Part shown: positions 13,507 to 25,685 of the stretch, in pieces
Layout: each line of letters begins with the position of its first letter
Numbering within the stretch: position 1 is the first letter of the stretch
NCBI GenBank assembly: GCA_030390025.1
Contig: CM059435.1
Coordinates: 16,864,001 to 16,928,000 of the forward strand
Direction: 5' to 3'
Origin: Squalus acanthias
Lineage: Eukaryota
DNA: 64,000 bases
The notes under the pieces: model-generated
Database searches by the model: none
Seen by the model: only the letters and a program-made list of their open reading frames with translations
Told to the model about the DNA's origin: nothing
Made by a program: the position numbers and the translations under genes

Positions 13507-14451
13507 TTAGTTTAAATCCTCCCGAACTGCTTTAGCAAATATTGCCCCGAGGACATCGGTTCCAGTCCTGCCCAAGTGCAGACCGTCCCTTTTGTACAGG
13601 TCCCACTTCCCCCAGAACTGGTTCCAATGCCTCAGGAATTTGAATCCCTCCCTCCTGCACCACTGCTCAAGCCACGTATTCAATCTCACTATCCTGTTCT
13701 CTCTATTCTGATTAGCACGTGGCCCTGGTAGCAATCCAGAGATTACTACCTTAGAGGTCCTACTTTTTAATTTAGCTCCTAGCTCCCTAAACTCTGCTTG
13801 TAGGACCTCTTCCCGCTTTTTACCTATATCGTTGGTACCTACATGCACCACGACAGCTGGCTGTTCACCCTCCCTCTTCAGAATGTTCTGCAGCCGCTCC
13901 GAGACATCCTTGACCCTTGCACCAGGGAGGCAACATACCATCCTGGAATCTCGGTTGCGGCCACAGAAACTTCTGTCTATTCCCCTTACAATTGAGTCCC
14001 CTATCACTATAGCCCTACCACTCTTTTTCCCGCCCTGCTGTGCAGCAGAGCCAGCCATGGTGCCATGAACCTGGCTGCTGGTGCCTTCCCCTGGTAGGCC
14101 ATCTCCCCCAACAGTATCCAAAGCGGCATACCTGTTTTGGAGGGAGATGACCACAGGGGACTCCTGCACTACCTTCCTGCTATTGCCCTGCTTCTTGGTC
14201 ACCCATTCACTGTCTGTCCTAGCCTTTACCTGCGGTGTGGACAACTCACTAAATGAGCGATTCACCGAGTTCTCGGCATCGTGCATGCTCCAGAGTGAGT
14301 CCACCCGCAGCTCCAGCACCGCCATGCGGGCTGTCAGGAGCTGCAGCTGGACACACTTCCCGCACACGTAGTTGTCAGGGACACTGGAAGTGTCCCTGGT
14401 TTCCCACATGGCACAGGAGGAGCATGAAACGGGTCCGAGACTTCCTGTCAT
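13507..14451 (-). CDS. CR1 ORF1: zinc finger/leucine zipper plus SGNH esterase domain (314 aa)
   Basis: CSSC...CGKC followed by a leucine heptad region. SGNH blocks IGDSIVRG, CLPGARV, HVGTND and RDGLHL are all present. Confidence 0.92.
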   Translation of the reverse strand: MTGSLGPVSCSSCAMWETRDTSSVPDNYVCGKCVQLQLLTARMAVLELRVDSLWSMHDAENSVNRSFSELSTPQVKARTDSEWVTKKQGNSRKVVQESPVVISLQNRYAALDTVGGDGLPGEGTSSQVHGTMAGSAAQQGGKKSGRAIVIGDSIVRGIDRSFCGRNRDSRMVCCLPGARVKDVSERLQNILKREGEQPAVVVHVGTNDIGKKREEVLQAEFRELGAKLKSRTSKVVISGLLPGPRANQNRENRIVRLNTWLEQWCRREGFKFLRHWNQFWGKWDLYKRDGLHLGRTGTDVLGAIFAKAVREDLN

Positions 14452-14860
14452 GACTTAACCCTTATGTTACTTTATTACTAAAATTTAAACTTATTTATCT
14501 TAGGTCCAGGAGTTAAGTCCCTGAAAACAAAATATAAAATCGAACCTACCTTTTAAATTCCCTCTACCCCTAAAGGTTAGAGGAGGTGGGAGGGTGGGAG
14601 TCACTACTAGTGTAGTGTCTCGGGTTTAGCAACCGCTCCACCTATATACGGGTACCAATGAATTGGCCCCGCCCCCTGCCTTTGAAAAAGCCCGCGAAGC
14701 TCTTTCCCCGCTGGGGAAAAAGGCCACGTAGGTGAGTTTAATGACTCACCTCAGGCCTCTGCCACTCCAACCAGGTCCGCCCCTCCTTCCCCGCTGCCGA
14801 CCGCTCTGTGGGAGAGAGAAAGAAAGAAAGGCTCCTCCTCCCCCGCTGTCGACGCTATTA

Positions 14861-15435
14861 TACAAAGAAGTATAATAAGAATTAAATGGACCACTCGGCT
14901 TTGACCTAGCCCAGTCGATCCTGCAAAGTCTTCTTCACTAACATCTGGGGACTTGCGCCAAAGTTGGGAGAGCTGTCCCACAGCAACTAATGGGTGGATG
15001 AGCTCAAATTCTGTTCAACGGGGTAATGGCTCACACTCTGTAGTCACAGAATCGTACCTTTCCGCCAACGTCCCAGACTCCTGCATCCCTATCCCTGGGT
15101 ATGTCCTGTCCCACCGGCAGGACAGACCCACCAGAGGTGGCTGCAGTGTGGTACACAGTCGGGAGGGAGTGGCCCTGGGAGTCCTCAACATTGACTCCTG
15201 ACCCCATGAAGTCTCATAGCATCAAGTCAAACTTGGCAAGGAAACCTGCTGCTGATTACCAACTACCACCCTCCCCCAGCTGATGAATCAGTACTCCTCC
15301 ATGTTGAACACCACTTGGAAGAAGCACTTGTGAATGGTGATAGATCATTAAACAACTAACAGGAGGCTCCATGAACATCCCCATCCTCAATGATGGCAAA
15401 GCCCAGCACGTGTATGCAAAAGACAGGGCTGAAGC
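14861..15435 (+). mobile_element. Nest host segment 3: decayed APE endonuclease N-terminus
   Basis: Reads NIWGLAPKLGELSH...VTESYLS...IPGYVLSHRQDRPTRGG with frameshifts. Begins at the right-hand TSD copy. Confidence 0.7.
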
Positions 15436-15899
15436 ATGCAGGCACAGGTTTAGGGATACCCAAACATAGCTAGAATTTAGCAGCTAAAACCACACAGGTT
15501 TCCAGTGCAGAGCACTGATAAGCTTCCCACTGCTTGTCCATTAGAGCACTGGCCTACAGAGTTATTTAGAAGAATCTCAACCCAAATAACATGTCCACTC
15601 CTCCAGATCCCATCAAAGAGCAAGTGTGGCTGCTCAATAGTCAATAGGGATTTGGAGTTCTATGGACCTTTTTAGGTATAAGCATTGGTTGCCATGTATG
15701 TCACAGAGGATCAGATCAGTTCCCATCTCCCAGGCATGTCATCGATGAGCCAAACCAACTCCTCCTCTCAAAAGGAAGATACTAACTGGCTGGTTATTAG
15801 ACAACTTAAAAGCATGACTTTAAGCCCACTCTAGGTGGATAGTAATACCAGGAACTCCTCTTGGGAAGCATGACGAGATGCACAACTCCCCATTAGTTG

Positions 15900-16440
15900 C
15901 ACCACAACTCCTCTGACAACAGCGTAGACGCTCGCCAGACTCTGTCAAATGTTGGTTCCTGCCTAAAGAAAATTGAACTGTATCAGTCCGCGTTACATAA
16001 ACAGCATTCACCGTCAGTTATCATTGCTGATGACAGACAATTAAATGCTGTTCAACAGTTCACTTAGCTAGGAATCACGTCATCCCAAGAAATCTTGAAA
16101 TACATCTAGAAAGCAAGTTGCGTGCTTGGCCACTTGTAAGGCATGAAATTAAATTACATAATATTGTGATAGCGTTCCTCCTTTGCAGCGATGAAACTTG
16201 GTGAACTACAAAAGGTATTTTAAAGTGCTAAAGAAATTTCACCTGTTGAGCATGTTCAACATTATGTGGATTATTTGGCAAGTCACTGAAACCTTTAACA
16301 GAGCGGAGTCAGCAAGCATAGAGGCATTGGTCAAAGAAGCACAGTTTAGATGGGGAGGACATGCCAGTTAGGGTGAGTGACCATCAAAAAAGTTGCTATG
16401 TTTGCCAGCTTAAGGAAAGCAAAACACATAAGAGGATGGT
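15900..16440 (+). mobile_element. Decayed RTE-type LINE fragment
   Basis: Remnant motifs QFT.LG, ETW and SIEALV...QFRWGGH. Confidence 0.5.
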
Positions 16441-18387
16441 CCCATAGCTCCTTTGGAAGCTGAAGAGTCCTGCAGCACTGTTTCCATCAGGCCTTTGTGG
16501 CCATCTTCTGCAGTGTGAGAGTGGCATGGCGCCACTCCGACATTGTGGCCTCCATCGGGGTGGGTGCCACTGATGCGCCCACCCGATCATGCTAATGACC
16601 CTGTCCTCGCAATTGAGGATGGAGTCAGTCTGCCTCGGAGTCAGCAGACTTGAGCCTCACTCTGCCGCACGTGCACCAGTGGAGCAGGCCCATCAGAATT
16701 TCAGTCCCATCATAACTTAGGATCTGAAAAATGCAGTGCATTTTAGAACAATTCATTATGTTATATATGCCTAACTAATAACAAATACTTGTAAGCGAAT
16801 TCAATCTTAGAGTCCATGCCAGTAGAAGAGTGAGGAGGGAGAGGGGAGAAAATATGAAAAAAGAGAAAGCTGCTGGTTTTTGGAACAGCTGTTGCATTAT
16901 AATGCTATTGCTGAGGATCTATATTCTGTTTCTTCTTAACAATGAAATACTTGTGATGAATTATAAGTACTGCCCTAAGGAAGCAGTAATATGTAAACCA
17001 TTTGAACATTCAACAAGTAACGAATGATAATAAATATGAACGTTTAGTTCGCTGAGTATTATATATGATGGCAGTTATTTTTTGACTGTATCATATAATG
17101 GAAAGGTAAAAGATTAAAACCTTCTGCACTTGCAGTGGGGTGGACTGATTTGATGCACAATGTCTAGTTATTAATTCATTTATCAATTATTGCTGCAATA
17201 TTTCTTCAGAAAATTTTTGGGGCATAGAGGAGTGATGGGGTTAAACATAAGGAAAGTGCCAGTTTAGAATGATTGCAGTACCGTATTGCAACCATTCAAT
17301 CTCTCAGTACCTAAAAATGATAAAAGTGTGTTCTTTGTGGTTGACAAAACTCTTAACAACCATTTGGATGTGACTTTTCCCTTTAAGAGCATGCCCTTTG
17401 AAGTAACTTCTTTGATCTTTTCATTTTTTTTTTACACACACTGGAAGTACTGTCCTGGCTATTGAAATCCAAATGTTTCCAATATTTTTACTAGGTACAG
17501 TAAAAAATAAGATTGATCTTTATAGAGTCAGCGTTATTATATTAGTTATTTAAATATAAACAGGTTTCTGTGAACAATAATTTTTTTATGTTATAAGGAG
17601 TAAGTACAAGTACAACTGGCCCAGACAGTTACTCATAAAATGTCGGTGACTTTATTGAGAGAGATCATTGTGATCTCTAAATTGCCTTGGAATGGGCATG
17701 TAGGCTTTGTCCTAAAACATTCCTTGATGAGAATTCTGGATAACCAGAGACACTATCACATGAAAGCATTTTGGTATAGATTAAAGCACAATATCTGATA
17801 GCAGAAGATAGAGTAATCAAAGAGAAAATTAGAATAAAGAAATTCCTATTTTTCTGAAAAATGGGATAAACATCTGCATTGGGTCAAAACTAATGAACCG
17901 CTAATAAAATCCTGGGAACACACACGAGATTAGGCTCGTACAGCAACAGGAATGTATTGAGTAATCACTTGACTCCTTGAACACAACAGGGGAGGATGAT
18001 CTAGGTAGTGTGTAGGAGGTTAACACTTGGATCTCCCAGGTGAGTGGTGTCATAGAGCAAAGGTTGTCTTTGAGAACCATGGCAATATCAATAGCATCTG
18101 CAATGGCAACCTGAGTTACACAGGTCATAGGGATAGTAGAATGCTCCCACGGCTGATATAAAAGCTTTGTCATGGTCACCTTCAACTTTCTTGGAGAACC
18201 GTTACAAGCAACTATAAAGGAGAGATTCTAAAGACCTTATAGATGGCCATTGTTCTATCCCTCGGAAAGAGCAGCCTTTCTTTGATTACAATGCTTTGAC
18301 CTATTTAATATTGGCTCCTTACTATGAATGAAAATGTGAATTCATAATTCTCATTGAATATACATTCCCTGGAGGAATAAAAACTCC

Positions 18388-20400
18388 ACTGGAAAAGTGG
18401 TACAACCATGGCTAACTAGAGAAGTTAAGAATAGTATTAGATTAAAAGAAGCTTGCAATGTTGCCAAAGAGCGTAGTATGCTTGAGGATTGGGAATGTTT
18501 TAAAAATCAGCTAAGGATGACCAAGAAACTGATAAAGAGGGAAAAATAGAATATGAGAGTAAACTAGCAAGAAATATAAAAACAGATAGTAAGAGCTTTT
18601 ACAAATATGTAAAAAGGAAGAGATTAGCGAAAGTAAACCTGGGTCCCTTAAAGGCAGAGACAGGAGAAAATATAATGGGGAATAAGGAAATGGCAGAGAT
18701 GTTAAACAAATATTTTGTCTCTGTCTTCACAATAGAAGACACAAAGAACATACCAGAAATTGTGGGGAACCAAGGGACTAATGAGAGTGAGGAACTTAAA
18801 GTAATTAATAAAGAAAAATTACTGGAGAAATTAATGGGACTAAAAACCAACAAATCCCATGGACCTGATGGCCTATATTATAGGGCTTTAAAAGAGGTGG
18901 CTGCATTGGTTTTAATCTTCCAGAATTCCCTAGATTCTAGAACGGTCCACTTGGATTGGAAGGTAGCAAATGTAACCCCACTGTTCAAGAAAGGAGGGAA
19001 AGAGAAAACAGGGAACTGTAGGCCAGTTAACCTGACATCAGTAGTAGGGAAAATTCTAGAATTTATTATTAAGGACATGGTAACAAGGCACTTGGAAAAA
19101 CATAATATGATTAGGCAGAGTCAACATGGTTTTATGAAAGGGAAATCGTATTTGACAAATCTATTAGAGATTTTTGAGGGTATAACTAGCAGGGTAGATA
19201 AGGGGGAACCAGTGGATGTAGTACATTTTGATTTTCAGAAGGCATTCGATAAGGTGCCACACAAGAGGTTGTTACACAAGATTAGGGCTCATGGGATTGG
19301 GGGTAATATATAGCATGGATTGAGGATTGGTTAACAGACAGAAAACCAGAGAGCAGGAATAAAGGGGTCATTTTCAGGATGACAGGGTGCAACTAGTGGC
19401 GTGCCGCTAGGATCAGTGCTTGAGCCTCAGCTATCTGCAATCTACATCAATGACTTAGATAAAGGGAATGAGTGTGATGTATCCAAGTTTGCTGATGATA
19501 CAAAGCTAGGTGGGAAAGTAAGCTGTGAGGAGGACGCAGAGAGGCTGCAAAAGGATATAGATATGTTAAGTGATTGGGCAATAAGGTGGCAGATGGAGTA
19601 TACTGTGGGGAAGTGTGAAATTACCCATTTTGGTCAGAAGAATAGAAAAGCAGAATATTTTTTTAAAGGTGAGAGACTAGTAAATGTTGGTATTCAGAGG
19701 AATTTGGGTGTCCTAGTACATGAAACACAGAAAGTTAACATGCAGGTACAGCAAGCAATTAGGAAGGCAAATGGTATGTTAGGGTTAGAGTATAAGTGCA
19801 AGGAACTCTTGCTGCAATTGTACTGGGCTTTGGTGAGACCACACCTGGAGTACCGTGTACCGTTTTGGTCTCCTTACCTAAGGAAGGATATACTTGCCTT
19901 AGAGGGGGGTGCAACATTGGTTCACTAGATTTATCCCTGGGATGAGAGGGTTGTCCTATGAGGAGAGATTGTGTAGAATGGGCCTATACTCTCAGGAATT
20001 TAGAAGAATGAGAGGTGATCATATTGAAATGTATAAAATTCTTAGAGGGCTTGGCAGGGTAGATGCTGAGAGTCTGTTTCCCTTGGCTGGAGAGTCTAAA
20101 CTGGGGTCATGGTCTCAGGCTAAGGGGTCAGTGATTTAGGACAGATTTGAGGAAAATTTCTTCACTCAGAGGATTGTGAATCTTTGGAATTCTTTACCCC
20201 AGTGGGCTGTGGATGCTCAGTCAATGAGTATATTCAAGGCTGAGATCGATAGATTTTTTGGCACTAAGGGAATCAAGGGATATGGGGGTAGGACGGTAAA
20301 GTGGAGTTGATGTAGAAGATCAGCCATGATCTTATTGAATGGCAAAGCAGGCTCGAGGGGCCATATGGCCTACTCCTGCTTCTATTTCTTAAGTCTTATG
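18388..20400 (+). mobile_element. 5'-truncated, frameshifted CR1 LINE
   Basis: ORFs 18675-19313, 19401-19928 and 19909-20139 are collinear with the intact ORF2. 3' end is tggcctactcctgcttctatttctt. Confidence 0.92.
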
Positions 20401-20946
20401 CTTGTGATATATGCTCTGGTTATCCAAAATTCTCATCGTGATGAGCAATGTCCTTCAACAGTAGCATTTGGGGACTAGCACAAAAGTTGCCAGTTGGCAG
20501 TCACATAAATAGCAGTTCTGAGCCATCATATAACACTACAGAAGTGACAGTAGGTGCCACTGTGGAAAGCAAGGTGTCCACACCAACTCCAGCACTAAAC
20601 ACCTGGCTCTGACACAGGTACATGAGGGTTAACAGCAGATATAAGTACTCCTTTGTGCAGCCACCTAGGTGCTACTTTGTAAATTGAGGGAGCTCATAGT
20701 ATTATGGGACATGTATGAAAAGCATAGAGAAATGCACAAAGCAAAACAAACGAGACACATTCAGCTGCATCACTCCATAATTTAATAAAATTCAGGCACT
20801 TTCACTATATCTTACATTCTGCCACTCTTTTCATGTGCGTTAAGGAAAGTGTCAGTTGTCCAAAAGTAAACAGAACAGAGTGCATGCATTTTTCTGCAGA
20901 AATAGATAAATCAAATTGCAATTTGGTGATTGTAAAATATGTCCAA

Positions 20947-21387
20947 TAAAAAGAAAAACCTGCATTTATATAGCAACTTTCACGACCTCAGGATGTCCTG
21001 AAGCACTTTACATCCAATGAAGTACTTTTATGAAGTGTAGTCACTGTTATAATGTAAGAAACACGGCAGCCAATTTACACGCAGCAAGATCCCACAAACA
21101 GCAATTTGATCATTTTTTTTTTAGGCATTGGTTGAGGGATAAATATTAGCCAGGGTGTCAAGGAGAGCTCTTCTTTTAAATAGTGCCACGGCATCTTTTA
21201 CATCCACCTGAGAGGGCAGACGGGGCCTCGGTTTAATATCTCATCTGAAAGATGGCACCTCTGAGGGCAGCACTCCCTCAGTACTACACTGGAGTGTCAG
21301 CCTAGATTTGGTGCTCAAGTCCCTGGAGTGGGACTTGAACTTACAACCTTCTGACGCAGAGGTGAGAGAGGCTACCACTGAGCCACG
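20947..21387 (-). mobile_element. tRNA-headed SINE (probably Deu-domain type) with L2-like tail
   Basis: Head TGGCTCAGTGG with a single B-box-like AGTTCAAGTCC. Tail tataaatgcagg followed by T-rich repeats. Confidence 0.8.
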
Positions 21388-22759
21388 ACAGACACAGATA
21401 GTAGCGGCCATGGAGTTGGAAGGCAACAGATCTGGATGGCTAGTGACAAAATGTGTTCCCCACTCTCTCCAAAGAGATAGTCAAAAATGTAGCAAATAAA
21501 GATCAAAAATCAGCATTTTCTGTGGGGATGTACCCTCAAATCTCCTTCAGGAGATAAATCTTGTGCCTTCAACATTTATAACACCCTTCTGGAATCTCTA
21601 AATCTGCCATTTTTAAAGCAGAATGGATGTGCTAACTAACCTTTATTGTTATTTTTCTTTTGGTGTGTTCTTCTGCTCTTCCCCAGAGTATGTGAGCCGT
21701 GCCCCATTTTGTTGTTAAGTGACTCCTAGGCCCCTTCCTATGGTTGAGGAGCAGTTTCAAATTGTTCCTGTTCATTAAACTAACCCACGCCAAGACTGAA
21801 AAGGAGCAAAAATGCACACTTCTCAAGTGTGAGTGCAACTGTCAAATGGTGCACGGCTTCCTCAATAATGATCTTAAATTGTTTCCCCCGCCCCCACTTT
21901 GCTAAGGTTTATCAATTTTTGGAGGGATAGGACTAGATGACCTGCTCTAATCAAAAAAATAAATAGTTCTTATTACTTGTGTTCCATTCCAACACTTTTT
22001 ACTTACGTCTACTTTTCCACTAAAAGTCTAGAACTTTAGCCCCAGAGAACCTAAAAGAATATATTGATAGCGTGCACTATTCAGCAACAAAAGGCATCTT
22101 GGTCTTTATTGGTTTTGTAACACTCATGGACAACAGGAAGAGCCATTCAAGGAAATCTTGTGCCAAAGCCCTTTTGTACTGAGACACTATTATTGGACAA
22201 CTTCCTGATGGTTGTAAATAACCATTCCACAGGGAACATTTTAGAGGAAAGCAGAATGAAATACAGCTTGTCTCAACAGGATCCTCATAAATTTAAACTA
22301 AAATATGTAATGACAGACAAAAATACCATCAATGTGTGCTGTTTACTGTAAAAATAAAATAAAATGAATCTCCATTTGATTTTAACCAGGGTGTCCTGTT
22401 CAAATTTTAGACCACCATTAGTGAATGGCTGTGATTTAAGCTTTAGTTAATAAAATTCACAGGTGCAATTCACTGAAGAAACAGAATGATATGCAACATA
22501 ACAGGTTCTTAGCACAATGTATTAAGTGAGTAACCAAAGCAATTAGCGATGAAATGGAGAAATGATGAGAGAAATGGAGGTTGGAGAACACATGTGTGCA
22601 AATTATCATTAAATGATCCAGTTGGAAGTTTAAATTGGAGAGGTCTGTGAATGGAAAATGCATTTTTTAAATTTAAAAGTATGAAACGCTCTTCACGAAA
22701 TGCATCTCCTTTGGAGTTAAGAAAATAGCATTAGATTAATGTTTTTTGATAAGATGATT

Positions 22760-24270
22760 GATTGCAAAATCACCAAAAAATCTTGATCCAAAATTGCTCA
22801 GCCATTCTGGCAGACTCCAGCGTAGCGATGGCACAGGTATGCCTTGTGTCACCAGACACCCCCGTGGAAGTGGAGCCCACCTAGGGCCTAGAGTGGGATG
22901 AAAGCCTGGACCTCGGAGGATGCAAAGAACTGGAATTTTTTTTTGTTTCGCTTTTTAAAGTGGCCCTTTTGTACGGGAACCGCGGAAGCAGGCAGTGGGG
23001 TAGAAATTGATATGCGTTGAGCCTGTTTTCCGGGTGTAAAAAGGATGCAAACCACACCAATTTAGCAGTGGGACGGCCTGCGCCCAGTCTGCATTCCCCC
23101 CCAGGACAGTCACTTGCTGCTGTCATTTTTGGATGATTTGGCAGTGGGGCACAGCAGATGCCAATGGTGGCCCCTCCCCCGACCTGTACACTTTGGCTGG
23201 GTCAGTGCTGGAGTTCCACAGCAGGTGCAAATCCAGCTTAACTGCTGGAAGCAGGTTCCCGTGGCATTTCTGGGACCTTTCCTCAAAGATTTTAAGAAAT
23301 TATGGAGAAAGAACCATGGAATGTGTATAGGAGACAATTAAAGAGACGAAGAAATAATAAATAAGAAGAAATCAGAAAAAAGATATAAGGATGATGAGGT
23401 TAGTATTTGGTGGAAGCAAACTTTTGAAGAATTGGTCAGGTCATTAAAAGGTGAAAATGGCTACACCATGTAGAGGATTCGTAGAGAGATCTCATTTCCA
23501 TGCATGCACTTTTGCTCGGAGGACAGGGAAGATGCCATGAGCCCTTAGATCTGGGACACCGAGCTGAAGTAGTGCGTGATACTTGGGAGACTGAAGTTCT
23601 TTTAGTTTTGAGAGTTGAAGAACCCCAATACATTGTTTGCACTCTTTGGGGTAGAAATTGAACCTTGTTGCACCCATTTTATGGTCGTAAAACAGGCGCA
23701 AACAGGACCAATTTCAGGGGGCAATGTCCCCTGCCCGATCTGCGGCAGGGGTACGAGCGCTGCCGTATTGGCATAGGCCGCTGCCCAAGCACCTATGGTG
23801 CCCACCTGAAACTGGCATTAGACCCCTTGCTTATGTCAATGAGGGATCTAATGCCTCTAATGATCTGATGTAGGCCCCCTGCAGGGTATTTGGGCAACAG
23901 TACGTGGAGCAGGTGCTTGGCCCCTGGCACTCAGCTTTCCCCGGCCTAAGCAGCGGCTGCCACCCAAAGGTGAACTTGGTTCTTTTTAAACCTTCCTGTG
24001 TAGCTAGAAGAAGCGGCACCCCTGAAGGTCGCTGTGGACCTGCAATTGCTCCCCTCACATTCTCCATTGTCCCCTGCCCCCTGCCGGTAAGGCATGCGGC
24101 TCAAATTTGAGCCAAGCACATGGGTGAACTGCCTCTGGAGGCAGGACAGGCACCAGCAAACTCACCCCTATTGTTACAATGAGGCCTGAGGTCTAATTCC
24201 TGACCAGCCTCGGGCCTCCTGGTTCAGACGTGCGCTGGAGGTGTGCCGCCAGTTACGCGCCTGAAAATGG
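22760..24270. mobile_element. Cluster of GC-rich non-autonomous DNA-transposon (MITE-like) remnants
   Basis: Two copies of GGGGTAGAAATTGA (22998, 23647), a short gaaattg...caatttc inversion, and a hairpin at 24181-24218. Boundaries are uncertain. Confidence 0.4.
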
Positions 24271-25454
24271 GCCATATGTTTGGTTCATTCCTCCCACATG
24301 ATTGACTCCTAGTATTGGTTCCTCAGCTCTCACTTTCCCAAGAGCCACAGCAGGCCACAAAGAAGTTAAAACCAACAGAAAACAATGAAACATCTCCAAA
24401 CTCAGTAGGAATGTTGGAAAGCTACATTTTTTAAGCATTCTTTCTTACAATTGGGACGATTTATTATGCATTCACAGTTCATGAGTTTAGTGTTGGTAAC
24501 TTGAAGTGTAAATTTGGTGAGTAGGCCTGAATTAACTCCAAACTAGAGTGAGACTCCATCCTTCAGGGAATCTCACTTTGCTCTGTTCTGGTGTCAAGTT
24601 GCAGTTATATACTTACATGCTATAGGAGTAGCGTAAATGTATCCTTATTCTTTCTATCTCCTGCACTCAGCTCTCTTATTTACAGATGCAAAACAATCTC
24701 AAAATGTTTTGCTTCATTCTCCAACAACATACCAGTTCCATAATATCTATAAATTCTTAACTGACCTGTCATTCAAACAAAGTGAGAGTTCTCATCTGCA
24801 ACCTGAACTCTAAGTGAACCTACCATTAATTTCAAGAATACCAAGCAATTACCTCTTCTAGTCTTAAAGGGACATGCACCTACATTCTATTTTATATAAT
24901 AGAATTTTCCTATCCTTCTAAAATAATGCATCCTATGATTTACCAAAAGCAGCACCATGGGATATTTTCTAGTCTTGCATCTTATGCATATCCTTCAGGT
25001 GTCACAGTCCAAATGTCACACTTCAAAGTGCCACAGTTTGTTACAGGTGTGAAACAATATTTTTAAAAAGATGCCGGATGGCCGGATGGGGGTCTCGTTG
25101 AGAGGTGGGGGCTCTGCCAAATGTGCATCTTTGTGTGTGATTTGCCTCTGCCCTCTTGTAAAAGGGGCAATGAAAAATTTGCAACAGGCAATTCCAGACT
25201 CTTGTAGCCCATGATCCTGGCCTGCAGACTCCAGTCAGCCCCATTTCCACCCCTGCTATAGCCTGGTTGTCAATTTCTTCTCTGCATCCAGATCTCCGGA
25301 AAGAAAGATGGTGGAAGCTGTGGGAATTCTGGCACTGGCCTCCGATGCTCTTCCGAGTGGAGACCTGACATTTCCAGACTCCTTCCGCTGCGCTTCCATC
25401 TGATTTACATGAAAGTGCACCCCAGGACCAGGGACATTTGGGACCTTACTCTTG

Positions 25455-25685
25455 AGTACATTGCATCAATCTCAGTTTTAAAATTTTCAATTGACCCCCA
25501 GCCTGAACAGTTTTTTGGGGGAGAGAGTTCCAGATTTCCACTACTCTTTGTGTGAAGAAGTGCTTCCTGACATCACCCCTGAACGGCCTAGCTCTCGTTT
25601 TAAGGTTATGCCCCCTTGTTCTGGACTCCCCCACCAGAGGAAATAGTTTCTCTCTATCTACCCTATTAAATCCTTTAATCATCAG
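25455..25685 (-). mobile_element. CR1 3'-region fragment
   Basis: Encodes LFPLVGESRTRGH...FFTQRVVEIWNSLP. Confidence 0.8.

Larger units (their letters stand above)
10423..14860 (-). mobile_element. Full-length, apparently intact CR1-clade LINE
   Basis: GC-rich 5' UTR, ORF1, ORF2, short 3' UTR and (TTTCTATG)n tail. Flanked by the direct repeat TACAAA (10417-10422 and 14861-14866). Confidence 0.93.

Noticed and set aside
10497-14453. Numerous plus-strand ORFs overlapping the CR1
   Set aside because: They are antisense shadows of the LINE ORFs with no independent domain signal.
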